A stretch of 32,000 bases of DNA, from the NCBI RefSeq assembly GCF_003044035.1, contig NZ_NVQC01000016.1, positions 120,001 to 152,000 on the forward strand. Reading direction: 5' to 3'. Origin of the DNA: Candidatus Methylomirabilis limnetica (GTDB lineage Bacteria > Methylomirabilota > Methylomirabilia > Methylomirabilales > Methylomirabilaceae). Shown here piece by piece: positions 1 through 7,225 of the stretch. How positions within the stretch are numbered: the first letter of the stretch is position 1; each line of letters opens with the position of its first letter. The notes below the pieces were generated by a model. The model was not told the DNA's origin. It did not search any database and saw only the letters and a list, made by a program, of their open reading frames with translations. The position numbers and the translations under genes are program-made.

Positions 1-240
1 AAGAAGTCAATCTCTGATGTCCTCTCAAGCGTCACCGAGAAGGACTACTATACCGTCCCAGCCACGTCCGACGTCGAGAAGGCTGGCCGCCTTACGAAAG
101 AAGAGCTGTCAGCTCAGATCGAGCAGTTGGAGAAAGAGATGCGGGCGGCGGCGAAGCGGCTCGAGTTCGAGCGGGCGGCGAAGTTCCGGGATCAAATCCG
201 GGAGATGGAGAAGCACCACCTCGGCATTGTCGAGGGCTAA
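1..240 (+). CDS. uvrB: Excinuclease ABC subunit B, C-terminal fragment (5' end lies outside the window)
   Basis: Frame +1 is open from base 1 to TAA 238-240. It reads ...LTKEELSAQIEQLEKEMRAAAKRLEFERAAKFRDQIREMEKHHLGIVEG*, the UVR helical-hairpin motif that ends UvrB. It has no start codon in the window, so the ORF track omits it. Confidence 0.85.
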   Translation, partial: KKSISDVLSSVTEKDYYTVPATSDVEKAGRLTKEELSAQIEQLEKEMRAAAKRLEFERAAKFRDQIREMEKHHLGIVEG

Positions 241-274
241 GGTAGTGCGTCCACAAAATCCCCCCCCATCCTCA

Positions 275-375
275 CCTTCCCCCTCCTGGGGGGAAGGGAC
301 AGCTTGCGTAGATTCCTCCCCCCTTGCGGGGAAGGGACGCCTCACGCAAACTCCTCCCCCCTTGAGGGGGAGGAT
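275..375. repeat. Three degenerate ~38-bp tandem units, each a C-run/G-run hairpin (TCCYCCCCC-TTG-NGGGGRAGGA)
   Basis: Stems cttccccc 276-283 / gggggaag 289-296 and tcctccccc 352-360 / gggggagga 366-374, with a weaker middle copy at 314-336. The CCCCCCTTG..GGGGG motif recurs at 2291-2331. Confidence 0.7.
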
Positions 376-489
376 TAAGGTGGGGGGTAATGGGTCCGGA
401 AATGTGAGGTTCGGGAAAAGGAATCCTGTCTATAGTGGACAGGGCATTGAAAGGCTGCGGGTTCTTAACGACAAGAGGAGGTTAAGAGT

Positions 490-693
490 ATGCAAGGTAA
501 GGTGAAGTGGTTCAACGTAACGAAGCGGTTCGGGTTCGTCGTGCGGGACGATGGGGGACAGGATGCGTTCGTCCACGCGAGTGACGTGGAGGGGGGTACC
601 ACGCTGAAGGAAGGCGACACGGTCGAGTTTGACCTGGGCCAGGATGATAGTGGCCGCGCGAAGGCGGTCCGGGTCCGGGTCGTACAGGGGTAA
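490..693 (+). CDS. Cold-shock domain protein (CspA family)
   Basis: 67 aa, MQGKVKWFNVTKRFGFVVRDDGGQDAFVHASDV... with RNP1-like (KRFGFV) and RNP2-like (AFVHA) motifs. AGGAGG Shine-Dalgarno at 476-481. Confidence 0.93.
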   Translation: MQGKVKWFNVTKRFGFVVRDDGGQDAFVHASDVEGGTTLKEGDTVEFDLGQDDSGRAKAVRVRVVQG

Positions 694-708
694 TCATCAG
701 TCGCGTAG

Positions 709-734
709 GTCGGGTTAGCGCAGCGTAACCCGAC
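709..734. repeat. REP-like hairpin 16 nt after the csp stop (possible 3' stabiliser or terminator, no U-tract)
   Basis: gtcgggtta 709-717 pairs with taacccgac 726-734 around an 8-nt loop. Confidence 0.5.
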
Positions 735-850
735 GGATCAAACGAGTCGAGCAGGTCGGCCCCGCGAAACATCCAGACCTACGTGGACGATTATTCGCTC
801 AAATCGCGCCGGGAGGAGATCGCTCCCAGCACACTATACGTGTTTCCGTA

Positions 851-932
851 CTACTTAGGCGTTTAGGCTGAAGGTTGTTAGGGGTAAAGCAGCGATCATA
901 CAGCCTTCGACCTTCAGTCTATCCACCTGACC
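851..932. repeat. CTGAAGG-family inverted-repeat element (short relative of the 8425-8583 element)
   Basis: Left arm ctacttaggcgtttaggctgaaggttg and right arm cagccttcgaccttcagtctatccacctgacc. Both arms align to the arms of the 8425-8583 element. Confidence 0.65.
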
Positions 933-951
933 TCTGACCCCCACTTTCCTT

Positions 952-980
952 TTGACTCCTCACGCTCCCTGTGCCAGTAT
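952..980 (+). promoter_or_regulatory. Candidate sigma70 promoter for lysA (TTGACT, 17 nt, TGc-CAGTAT)
   Basis: TTGACT at 952-957. A weak -10, CAGTAT at 975-980, is preceded by an extended -10-like TG at 972-973. Motif match only. Confidence 0.3.
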
Positions 981-1013
981 TCGATACCTAACGGCTTACG
1001 AGGAGAGTGCGGC

Positions 1014-2270
1014 ATGCATCATTTCCAGTATCGTGGCGATCACCTCATGTGCGAAGAGGTGCCGATCGAGCGGATAGCTGAGGAGGTCGGCACCCCGTTC
1101 TATTTGTATAGCCACGCGACGCTCACGCACCACTTCCAGGTCTTTGACCAGGCGTTCGCCGACATTCCCCACCTGGTCTGCTTCGCGATGAAGGCGAACT
1201 CCAACGTCGCGACCTTGAAGCTCTTCGCCGATCTTGGGAGCGGAGCCGATGTCGTGTCGGGTGGGGAGCTCTATCGTGCCTTGCGGGCCGGCATCCCGCC
1301 GAGCCGGATCGTCTTTGCGGGAGTGGGCAAGACCCGCGAGGAGATGGGGTTCGCCCTGAAGTCCGATATCCTGATGTTTAATGTGGAGTCTCCCCAAGAG
1401 CTTCGCCTGCTGAATGACGTAGCTGGGGCTATGGGGACGAAGGCGAGGGTGGCGCTACGGATCAACCCGGACGTCGATCCGAACACTCATCCGTATATCG
1501 CCACCGGGCTGAAGAAGAGCAAATTCGGCATCGACATCTCCTTGGCCATGGAGGAGTATCGGGTCGCCAAGGAACTGCAGCATATCGAGGTCGTTGGGGT
1601 CCATCAGCATATCGGTTCCCAGATCACCGAGATCGCGCCCTTTGTGGACAGCCTGGTCAAGGTTGCGGGACTGATCGCCGAGCTCCGGGATCATGGTTTC
1701 GCGATCACGTATCTGGATGTCGGCGGCGGGCTCGGGATCACCTATAAGGATGAAAATCCACCTGTGCCACGGGTCTTTGCGGAAGCTATGATTGCGGTCA
1801 TCAAGGACCTGGGCTGCACCATCGTGCTGGAGCCCGGACGGGTGATTGTTGGGAATGCGGGGGTCCTGGTGACGAAGGTGCTCTACGACAAGCGCACTCC
1901 CGCCAAGCACTTTATCGTGGTTGATGCCGGGATGAACGATCTGATCCGTCCCAGTCTCTACGGCTCATTCCATTCCATCCTGCCCGCGCGGCAGGAGACA
2001 GGGAGGGAGACGGTGGTGGTCGATGTGGTGGGTCCCGTATGCGAGTCTGGAGATTTTCTGGCCAAGGACCGATCGATGCCGGCCCCGAAGCCAGGGGAGC
2101 TGTTGGTTGTGATGAGCGCTGGCGCCTACGGCTATACGATGTCATCCAACTACAATAGCCGGCCCCGGCCCCCGGAGATTATGGTGAAGGGCGATCGCTA
2201 CTTCACGATCCGCGAACGGGAAAGCTACGAGGATCTGATCCGTAACGAGCGACTCCCTGAGGAGCTATAG
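1014..2270 (+). CDS. lysA: Diaminopimelate decarboxylase
   Basis: 418 aa with the PLP-dependent Orn/DAP/Arg decarboxylase pattern (GTPFYLYS, CFAMKAN, HIGSQ, EPGR, CESGD). AGGAGA SD 7 nt upstream of the ATG. Confidence 0.95.
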   Translation: MHHFQYRGDHLMCEEVPIERIAEEVGTPFYLYSHATLTHHFQVFDQAFADIPHLVCFAMKANSNVATLKLFADLGSGADVVSGGELYRALRAGIPPSRIVFAGVGKTREEMGFALKSDILMFNVESPQELRLLNDVAGAMGTKARVALRINPDVDPNTHPYIATGLKKSKFGIDISLAMEEYRVAKELQHIEVVGVHQHIGSQITEIAPFVDSLVKVAGLIAELRDHGFAITYLDVGGGLGITYKDENPPVPRVFAEAMIAVIKDLGCTIVLEPGRVIVGNAGVLVTKVLYDKRTPAKHFIVVDAGMNDLIRPSLYGSFHSILPARQETGRETVVVDVVGPVCESGDFLAKDRSMPAPKPGELLVVMSAGAYGYTMSSNYNSRPRPPEIMVKGDRYFTIRERESYEDLIRNERLPEEL

Positions 2271-2290
2271 AAGAACGTGCGAAGCGTGAA

Positions 2291-2333
2291 ATCCCCCCTT
2301 GCCCCCCCTTGCAAAGGGGGGGTGGGGGGTTTT
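2291..2333 (+). terminator. Nested G/C hairpin followed by TTTT; likely intrinsic terminator after lysA
   Basis: Inner stem C7 (2302-2308) / G7 (2316-2322), outer stem C6 (2293-2298) / G6 (2324-2329), then tttt at 2330-2333. Confidence 0.45.
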
Positions 2334-2348
2334 GAAGTGCGGGGTGCG
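2324..2348. repeat. 25-nt direct repeat, copy a (GGGGGGWTTTGAAGYGCGGGGTGCG)
   Basis: ggggggttttgaagtgcggggtgcg matches 2447-2471 at 23 of 25 positions. Confidence 0.8.
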
Positions 2349-2382
2349 GAGCACGCCCCTCTACCCTTCTTGTCTTCTTAAC

Positions 2383-2437
2383 GTAGGGGCGACCCTAGTG
2401 GTCGCCCGATCTGGGCAGGCACAAGGCCTGCCCCTAC
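2383..2437. repeat. REP-like Y-shaped element: outer GTAGGGG/CCCCTAC stem enclosing two 8-bp hairpins
   Basis: gggcgacc 2387-2394 / ggtcgccc 2400-2407 and gggcaggc 2413-2420 / gcctgccc 2426-2433. Outer arms gtagggg 2383-2389 / cccctac 2431-2437. A half copy (gcaaaggcctgccccc) occurs at 11129-11145. Confidence 0.75.
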
Positions 2438-2446
2438 AAGGGGGAT

Positions 2447-2471
2447 GGGGGGATTTGAAGCGCGGGGTGCG
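2447..2471. repeat. 25-nt direct repeat, copy b
   Basis: ggggggatttgaagcgcggggtgcg, ending 10 nt upstream of the dapF ATG. Confidence 0.8.
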
Positions 2472-2481
2472 ATGAAGCGAT

Positions 2482-3306
2482 ATGGATAAGCTGATCTTTG
2501 TGAAGATGAGCGGAAGCGGGAACGATTTCATTGTGGTCGACAACCGCGATGACCGGCTCGCTGTCGAGCCCGGGACGCTGGCCGAGCGGATCTGCCGAAG
2601 GCGGATATCGGTTGGAGCGGATGGTATGATCCTGGTCGAATCGTCGTCGAAGGCGGATTTCCGAATGCGGATCCTGAACGCCGACGGCAGCGAGGCGGAG
2701 ATGTGCGGCAATGGCGCTCGCTGCGTCGCCAGGTTCGCTGAGATGCTGGGGATCGCTGGACCCCACATGACCTTTGAAACGTTGGCCGGGATCATCCATG
2801 CCCAGGTGGTTGGTTCCAGGGTCAAGCTCCAGATGGGTCGGCCGCAGCAGATCCGCCTTGATCAATCGATCGAGGTGGATGGCGTTGCGCACCATGTCCA
2901 CAGCATCAATACAGGGGTTCCTCATGCCGTCCTCTTGTGCTCGGACCTGGAGGCGATCCCGGTCAGAGCCCTGGGCCGCGAGATCAGGTTCCATCCGGCC
3001 TTTCAGCCGGCGGGAACCAATGTCGATTTTGTCACTGTCCTTGACACGCGGACGCTGGTCATTCGGACCTATGAACGCGGCGTCGAGGATGAGACGCTGG
3101 CCTGTGGCACGGGGACCGTCGCCGCCGCGCTGGTTGCGGCCACATTGGGGATGGTTTCTTCTCCGGTGGAGGTCAGGGTGAGGAGTGGCGAGACGCTTAC
3201 TGTGTCGTTTACTAGGAATGGGACGGAATTTCACGAGGTCTTTTTCGAGGGGGATGTCCGGCTGATCTATCAGGGCGAACTGATGGCGGAGGCGCTGTCA
3301 GCGTAG
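2482..3306 (+). CDS. dapF: Diaminopimelate epimerase
   Basis: 274 aa with FVKMSGSGNDFIVVDN and both catalytic-Cys motifs (CGNGARC, ACGTGTVA). Confidence 0.95.
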   Translation: MDKLIFVKMSGSGNDFIVVDNRDDRLAVEPGTLAERICRRRISVGADGMILVESSSKADFRMRILNADGSEAEMCGNGARCVARFAEMLGIAGPHMTFETLAGIIHAQVVGSRVKLQMGRPQQIRLDQSIEVDGVAHHVHSINTGVPHAVLLCSDLEAIPVRALGREIRFHPAFQPAGTNVDFVTVLDTRTLVIRTYERGVEDETLACGTGTVAAALVAATLGMVSSPVEVRVRSGETLTVSFTRNGTEFHEVFFEGDVRLIYQGELMAEALSA

Positions 3307-3368
3307 TTCCGGGTTTGGAGTTCCGGGTTTCGAGAACTTTAAACCCGAAACCCGAAACTCTAAACTCG
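3307..3368. repeat. Heptamer-array hairpin (GTTCCGG/GTTTSGA units facing AAACCCG/AAACTCN units)
   Basis: Starts right after the dapF stop. 7-nt register: gttccgg gtttgga gttccgg gtttcga | aaacccg aaacccg aaactct aaactcg. The arms are imperfectly complementary. Confidence 0.75.
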
Positions 3369-3390
3369 ACACTTAGCGGCAGGAGATTGC

Positions 3391-4275
3391 ATGAAGAGAA
3401 TGTTTCAGGGCTCGATGGTAGCATTGGTGACCCCATTCAAAGACGGACGGGTTGACGAGCCGACCCTCCGTGAATTGGTGGAGTTTCAGATTAAGAACGG
3501 CACCGATGTCCTGGTTCCTTGCGGAACAACAGGCGAGTCCCCCACTCTCACCCATGACGAACACAGGCGGATAATCGAGTTGACGGTTGAGGCGGCGAAT
3601 GGGCGCATCGCGGTCGTCGCCGGAACCGGCTCGAATAGTACGACCGAGGCGATCGATCTGACCCGCTATGCCAAGCAGGCCGGGGCCGATGGCGCCCTCC
3701 TCGTTCTCCCGTACTACAACAAGCCGACCCAGGCGGGTCTCATCGCGCACTGCCGCGCCGTTGCCGATGCAGCGGATTTGCCGTTGATTCTCTACAATAT
3801 CCCGGGGCGGACGGGGGTCAATATGCTGCCGGAGACGCTGGCGGCGCTGGCAGATCATCCATACATCGTTGGCATGAAGGAGGCGACCGGCAATCTGGAA
3901 CAGATGACCCATGACATCGTCCTGTGCGGGGATAAGCTCTCTTTCCTGTCCGGGGATGATACCCTGACGTTGCCGCTCTTAGCTGTGGGGGGACGAGGCG
4001 TAGTCTCGGTGGTTGCGAATATCGTGCCACGTGACGTGTCTGACCTCGTCCGCACCTTCTTGAACGGTGACTGGAAGCGCGCCAGGGAAATCCACCTCAA
4101 GCTCTTCCCGCTCTGTCAGGCGATGTTTTGCGAGACCAATCCGATCCCGGTCAAGACTGCCATGGCCCTTATGGGGATGGTCAGCGGAGAGCTTCGCCTA
4201 CCGCTCTGGCCGATAAGCGAGATGAACCTCACCAAGCTCAAAGCCGCGATGCGGGCCTACGGTCTGATCTCATGA
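3391..4275 (+). CDS. dapA: 4-hydroxy-tetrahydrodipicolinate synthase
   Basis: 294 aa, GSMVALVTPF...GTTGESPTL...YNKP...YNIPGRT..., the typical DapA pattern. AGGAGA SD. Confidence 0.95.
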   Translation: MKRMFQGSMVALVTPFKDGRVDEPTLRELVEFQIKNGTDVLVPCGTTGESPTLTHDEHRRIIELTVEAANGRIAVVAGTGSNSTTEAIDLTRYAKQAGADGALLVLPYYNKPTQAGLIAHCRAVADAADLPLILYNIPGRTGVNMLPETLAALADHPYIVGMKEATGNLEQMTHDIVLCGDKLSFLSGDDTLTLPLLAVGGRGVVSVVANIVPRDVSDLVRTFLNGDWKRAREIHLKLFPLCQAMFCETNPIPVKTAMALMGMVSGELRLPLWPISEMNLTKLKAAMRAYGLIS

Positions 4276-4280
4276 GTATT

Positions 4281-4308
4281 CCTTCAGCCTTCAGCCTTCA
4301 GCTTTCAG
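4281..4308. repeat. (CCTTCAG)3 + CTTTCAG tandem heptamer array
   Basis: ccttcag x3 at 4281-4301 and ctttcag at 4302-4308, 5 nt after the dapA stop. Confidence 0.9.
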
Positions 4309-4327
4309 CCCTGTTCGGTATCTCTCG

Positions 4328-5140
4328 ATGATACGAGCCATTGTCTGTGGTGCGGCTGGGCGGATGGGCGGGCGAATCATTGCCATGATCCACGAAGCGG
4401 ACGACTTCACGCTGGCCGGGGCAGTAGAACGACCTGGCAATCCGCGCATCGGGCAGGACGCAGGTGAGGTGGCAGGTATCGGTAAGATCGGCATACCCCT
4501 TGTCGGTGATCTAGGTACCGTGATGGGTGAAGGACAGGTGGTGATCGACTTTACCTCCCCGCAGGCTACCATGACCCATCTGGCCATCTCTGCCCAGGCG
4601 AAGGTGCCTGCTGTGGTTGGGACCACGGGATTTGGCGCCGTCGATCTGAACAGTATTCAGGAGCTCAGTTCGGCTGCTCCGTGCGTTCTCTCGCCCAATA
4701 TGAGCATTGGGGTCAACGTCCTGCTGAAGGTTCTCGCTCAGGTAGCCCGTACCCTCGGAGATGCGTATGACGTCGAGATCATTGAGACCCACCACCGGTT
4801 CAAGAAGGACGCCCCCAGCGGGACCGCGTTGAAAATGGCGCAGGTGATTGCGGAGGCGCTGGGCCGAGAACTGGATAAGACGGGGATCTATGGCCGCAAG
4901 GGACTGGTTGGAGAGCGCGGAAAAGAGGAGATCGCAATCCACGCGCTGCGGGCCGGTGACGTGATAGGTGACCATACGGTGATCTTCGGGGGCATGGGGG
5001 AGCGGATTGAGATAACGCATCGGGCCCACACCCGGGATAATTTTGCTCGTGGTGCATTGTGCGCGGCCCGTTGGATCATTGGCCGACCACCCGGCCTGTA
5101 CGACATGCATGATGTACTTGGATTAAAAGAGGGATTGTAG
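4328..5140 (+). CDS. dapB: 4-hydroxy-tetrahydrodipicolinate reductase
   Basis: 270 aa with N-terminal Rossmann motif GAAGRMGG, plus ETHHRFKKDAPSGTA and the DapB C-terminal domain pattern. Confidence 0.94.
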   Translation: MIRAIVCGAAGRMGGRIIAMIHEADDFTLAGAVERPGNPRIGQDAGEVAGIGKIGIPLVGDLGTVMGEGQVVIDFTSPQATMTHLAISAQAKVPAVVGTTGFGAVDLNSIQELSSAAPCVLSPNMSIGVNVLLKVLAQVARTLGDAYDVEIIETHHRFKKDAPSGTALKMAQVIAEALGRELDKTGIYGRKGLVGERGKEEIAIHALRAGDVIGDHTVIFGGMGERIEITHRAHTRDNFARGALCAARWIIGRPPGLYDMHDVLGLKEGL

Positions 5141-5150
5141 GAAAGCGTAC

Positions 5151-5220
5151 AGCTATGAGCAATCAGCGGTCAGATCAATGGCACTTAGCTGAAAGCTGAT
5201 TGCCGAAAGCTGAAGGCTTA
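5151..5220. repeat. Ten-register heptamer array (AGCNNNN / CTGAARG units), complementary in type to 4281-4308
   Basis: agctatg agcaatc agcggtc agatcaa tggcact tagctga aagctga ttgccga aagctga aggctta. The ctgaaag/ctgaagg units are the reverse complement of the ccttcag units upstream of dapB. Confidence 0.75.
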
Positions 5221-5224
5221 TACT

Positions 5225-5986
5225 ATGCGGATTGTGCGATTCGTCTCCGGTAGGCAACCAAGGTACGGTGTGGTAGAGGGCACCGTCGTCCGGGAGATCG
5301 AAGGCGACATCTTCGGCAAGTTTACCGTGACGGACCGGACGCATTCGCTGAAGCGGATCAGGTTCCTTGCGCCGACCGAACCCTCCAAGATCGTCGGGGT
5401 AGGGCTGAACTATCGTGATCATGCCGAGGAGATGAAGCTTCAAACCCCGGACGAACCGGTTATCTTCTTAAAGCCGCCGAGCGCTGCGCTCCCCCATCGT
5501 GGCCGGATTATCTATCCGAAATTGTGCCGCCGGCTGGATTATGAGGCGGAGCTGGGGATCGTCATCAAGCGGACCGCGAGGAACGTACCGGTCGAGAAGG
5601 CTCATCGCTACATCTTGGGGTATGTCTGCTCTAACGATGTGACAGCCAGAGACCTACAGCGCAAGGACGGACAATGGACCCGGGCAAAATCGTTCGATAC
5701 CTTTGCCCCGTTCGGCCCCTGGGTCGAGACGGACCTGGACCTCTCTGATGCCCCAATTCGGGCGATCCTGAACGGTGTGATCCGACAGAATGCGAATATC
5801 AACAACCTGATCTTTGATGTGCCGCACCTGATTCATTTTATCTCTACGGTTATGACCCTCTATCCGGGCGATGTCATTACCACCGGCACTCCTTCGGGAA
5901 TCGGTCCGATGCGGCCCGGCGATACGATCGAGATCGAGGTGGAAGGGATCGGCCGACTGAGCAACTCGGTCGTCGCTGAACACTAA
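5225..5986 (+). CDS. Fumarylacetoacetate hydrolase (FAH) family protein; specific activity unknown
   Basis: 253 aa with FAH-fold motifs: GVGLNYRDHAEE, YEAELGIVI, NDVTARDLQ, KSFDTFAPFGPW, GDVITTGTPSGIG. Confidence 0.88.
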   Translation: MRIVRFVSGRQPRYGVVEGTVVREIEGDIFGKFTVTDRTHSLKRIRFLAPTEPSKIVGVGLNYRDHAEEMKLQTPDEPVIFLKPPSAALPHRGRIIYPKLCRRLDYEAELGIVIKRTARNVPVEKAHRYILGYVCSNDVTARDLQRKDGQWTRAKSFDTFAPFGPWVETDLDLSDAPIRAILNGVIRQNANINNLIFDVPHLIHFISTVMTLYPGDVITTGTPSGIGPMRPGDTIEIEVEGIGRLSNSVVAEH

Positions 5987-6003
5987 AAACTAAAAACTAA
6001 AAA
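5983..6003. repeat. (CTAAAAA)3 tandem heptamers overlapping the FAH stop codon
   Basis: ctaaaaa at 5983-5989, 5990-5996 and 5997-6003. The TAA stop at 5984-5986 lies inside the first unit. Confidence 0.9.
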
Positions 6004-6029
6004 CTGATTCAAGAGGAGGAGAGAGAGGC

Positions 6030-7211
6030 ATGGGGGATCCTTTTAGCGTGGCTCAGCGGCTATCAAAGCTGCCTCCCTATCTCTTCGCTGAGATCGATCG
6101 CATGAAGCAGGAAGCGATCCGGCGTGGGATGGATATCATTAATCTGGGGATCGGCGACCCTGACCTGCCAACACCGCCGCATATCGTGAAGAGGATGCAG
6201 GAGGCTTCGGCCGACCCACGACACCACCAGTACCCTTCATACGAGGGCATGCTGAGCTTTCGGCAGGCGGTGGCCGACTGGTACGACAAGCGGTTCGGCG
6301 TGGCGCTTGATCCGGAGACGGAGGTCCTTAGCCTCATCGGCTCGAAAGAGGGGATTGGCCACCTCCCCCTGGCGTTTGTCGATTCTGGTGACATCGTCCT
6401 GGTTCCTGATCCCGGCTATCCGGTCTATCAGGCAGGAACCGTCCTGGCGGACGGCATTCCTTACTTCATGCCGCTCACGCGGGAACGGGCGTTCCTTCCG
6501 GACCTTGAGGCGATCCCATCAGAGGTTCTGAAGAAAGCTCGGATCCTCTTCCTGAACTACCCCAATAACCCGACGGCCGCGGTGGCGCCCAGGGCCTTTT
6601 TTGTGGAGGCGGTCGCCTTTGCGCGCAAGCATCAGTTGATTCTTTGCCATGACGCGGCCTATTCCGAGATGGCATACGACGGGTACCTCCCGGAGAGCAT
6701 CTTGGCGGTGGAGGGGGCGAAGGACGTTGCCATCGAGTACCACTCCCTTTCCAAGACGTACAACATGACCGGGTGGCGGATCGGATTTGCTGTAGGGTGC
6801 CGTAAGGTACTTTCCGGTCTCGGCCGAATCAAGACGAATCTGGACTCCGGGGTTTTCCAGGCGGTACAGGAGGCCGCTATCACGGCGCTCAGTGGCCCGC
6901 AGGAGTGCATTGAGGCGATGAGGGCCGTCTACAGAGAGCGGCGCGACACGCTCGTAGATGGCCTGTCGGCGCTCGGTTTCGCGGTGGAGAAACCCAAGGC
7001 GACCTTCTACGTCTGGATTAGTGTCCCGAAGGGGCAGACATCCGCCTCCTTCGCCTCCGCGCTGCTTTCCGATGTCGGCATCGTCATGACCCCGGGAACC
7101 GGGTTTGGCCAGCACGGCGAAGGGTACATTCGAGCGGCCCTTACGGTAGATGTCTCCAGGATCAAGGAGGCAGTAGAGCGGATTGCCGCCTCTAATCTTA
7201 CGCCTCAGTAG
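6030..7211 (+). CDS. dapL: LL-diaminopimelate aminotransferase (class I/II aminotransferase, DapL-type)
   Basis: 393 aa. LPPYLFAEID...INLGIGDPDLPTP...HQYPSYEGM...LIGSKEG...NYPNNPT...SLSKTYNMTGWRIGF matches my recollection of the short DapL clade. It sits with lysA/dapF/dapA/dapB, and no dapD/C/E is present. Confidence 0.8.
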   Translation: MGDPFSVAQRLSKLPPYLFAEIDRMKQEAIRRGMDIINLGIGDPDLPTPPHIVKRMQEASADPRHHQYPSYEGMLSFRQAVADWYDKRFGVALDPETEVLSLIGSKEGIGHLPLAFVDSGDIVLVPDPGYPVYQAGTVLADGIPYFMPLTRERAFLPDLEAIPSEVLKKARILFLNYPNNPTAAVAPRAFFVEAVAFARKHQLILCHDAAYSEMAYDGYLPESILAVEGAKDVAIEYHSLSKTYNMTGWRIGFAVGCRKVLSGLGRIKTNLDSGVFQAVQEAAITALSGPQECIEAMRAVYRERRDTLVDGLSALGFAVEKPKATFYVWISVPKGQTSASFASALLSDVGIVMTPGTGFGQHGEGYIRAALTVDVSRIKEAVERIAASNLTPQ

Positions 7212-7225
7212 GAGGTCTTGCGGCC

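Noticed and set aside
408-436. Candidate csp promoter using TATAGT at 431-436
   Set aside because: No acceptable -35 lies at 16-18 nt (ggttcg/ttcggg), and TATAGT sits in the loop of a small hairpin (cctgtc/gacagg). This is too weak to report as a feature.
17-505. 162-aa Arg/Ser/Pro-rich ORF at the window start (ORF track, + strand)
   Set aside because: It is off-frame over the true uvrB 3' end (frame +1, clear UVR motif). It then runs through non-coding C/G-run repeats and into the csp start. Its low-complexity RS/P composition is typical of a wrong frame in GC-rich DNA.
694-1013. Possible lysine riboswitch (L-box) in the 320-nt spacer upstream of lysA
   Set aside because: I could not find the conserved L-box core features or a five-helix junction arrangement. 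The spacer is largely accounted for by a REP-like hairpin and a CTGAAGG-family element. An Rfam/Infernal scan would be needed to exclude it formally.
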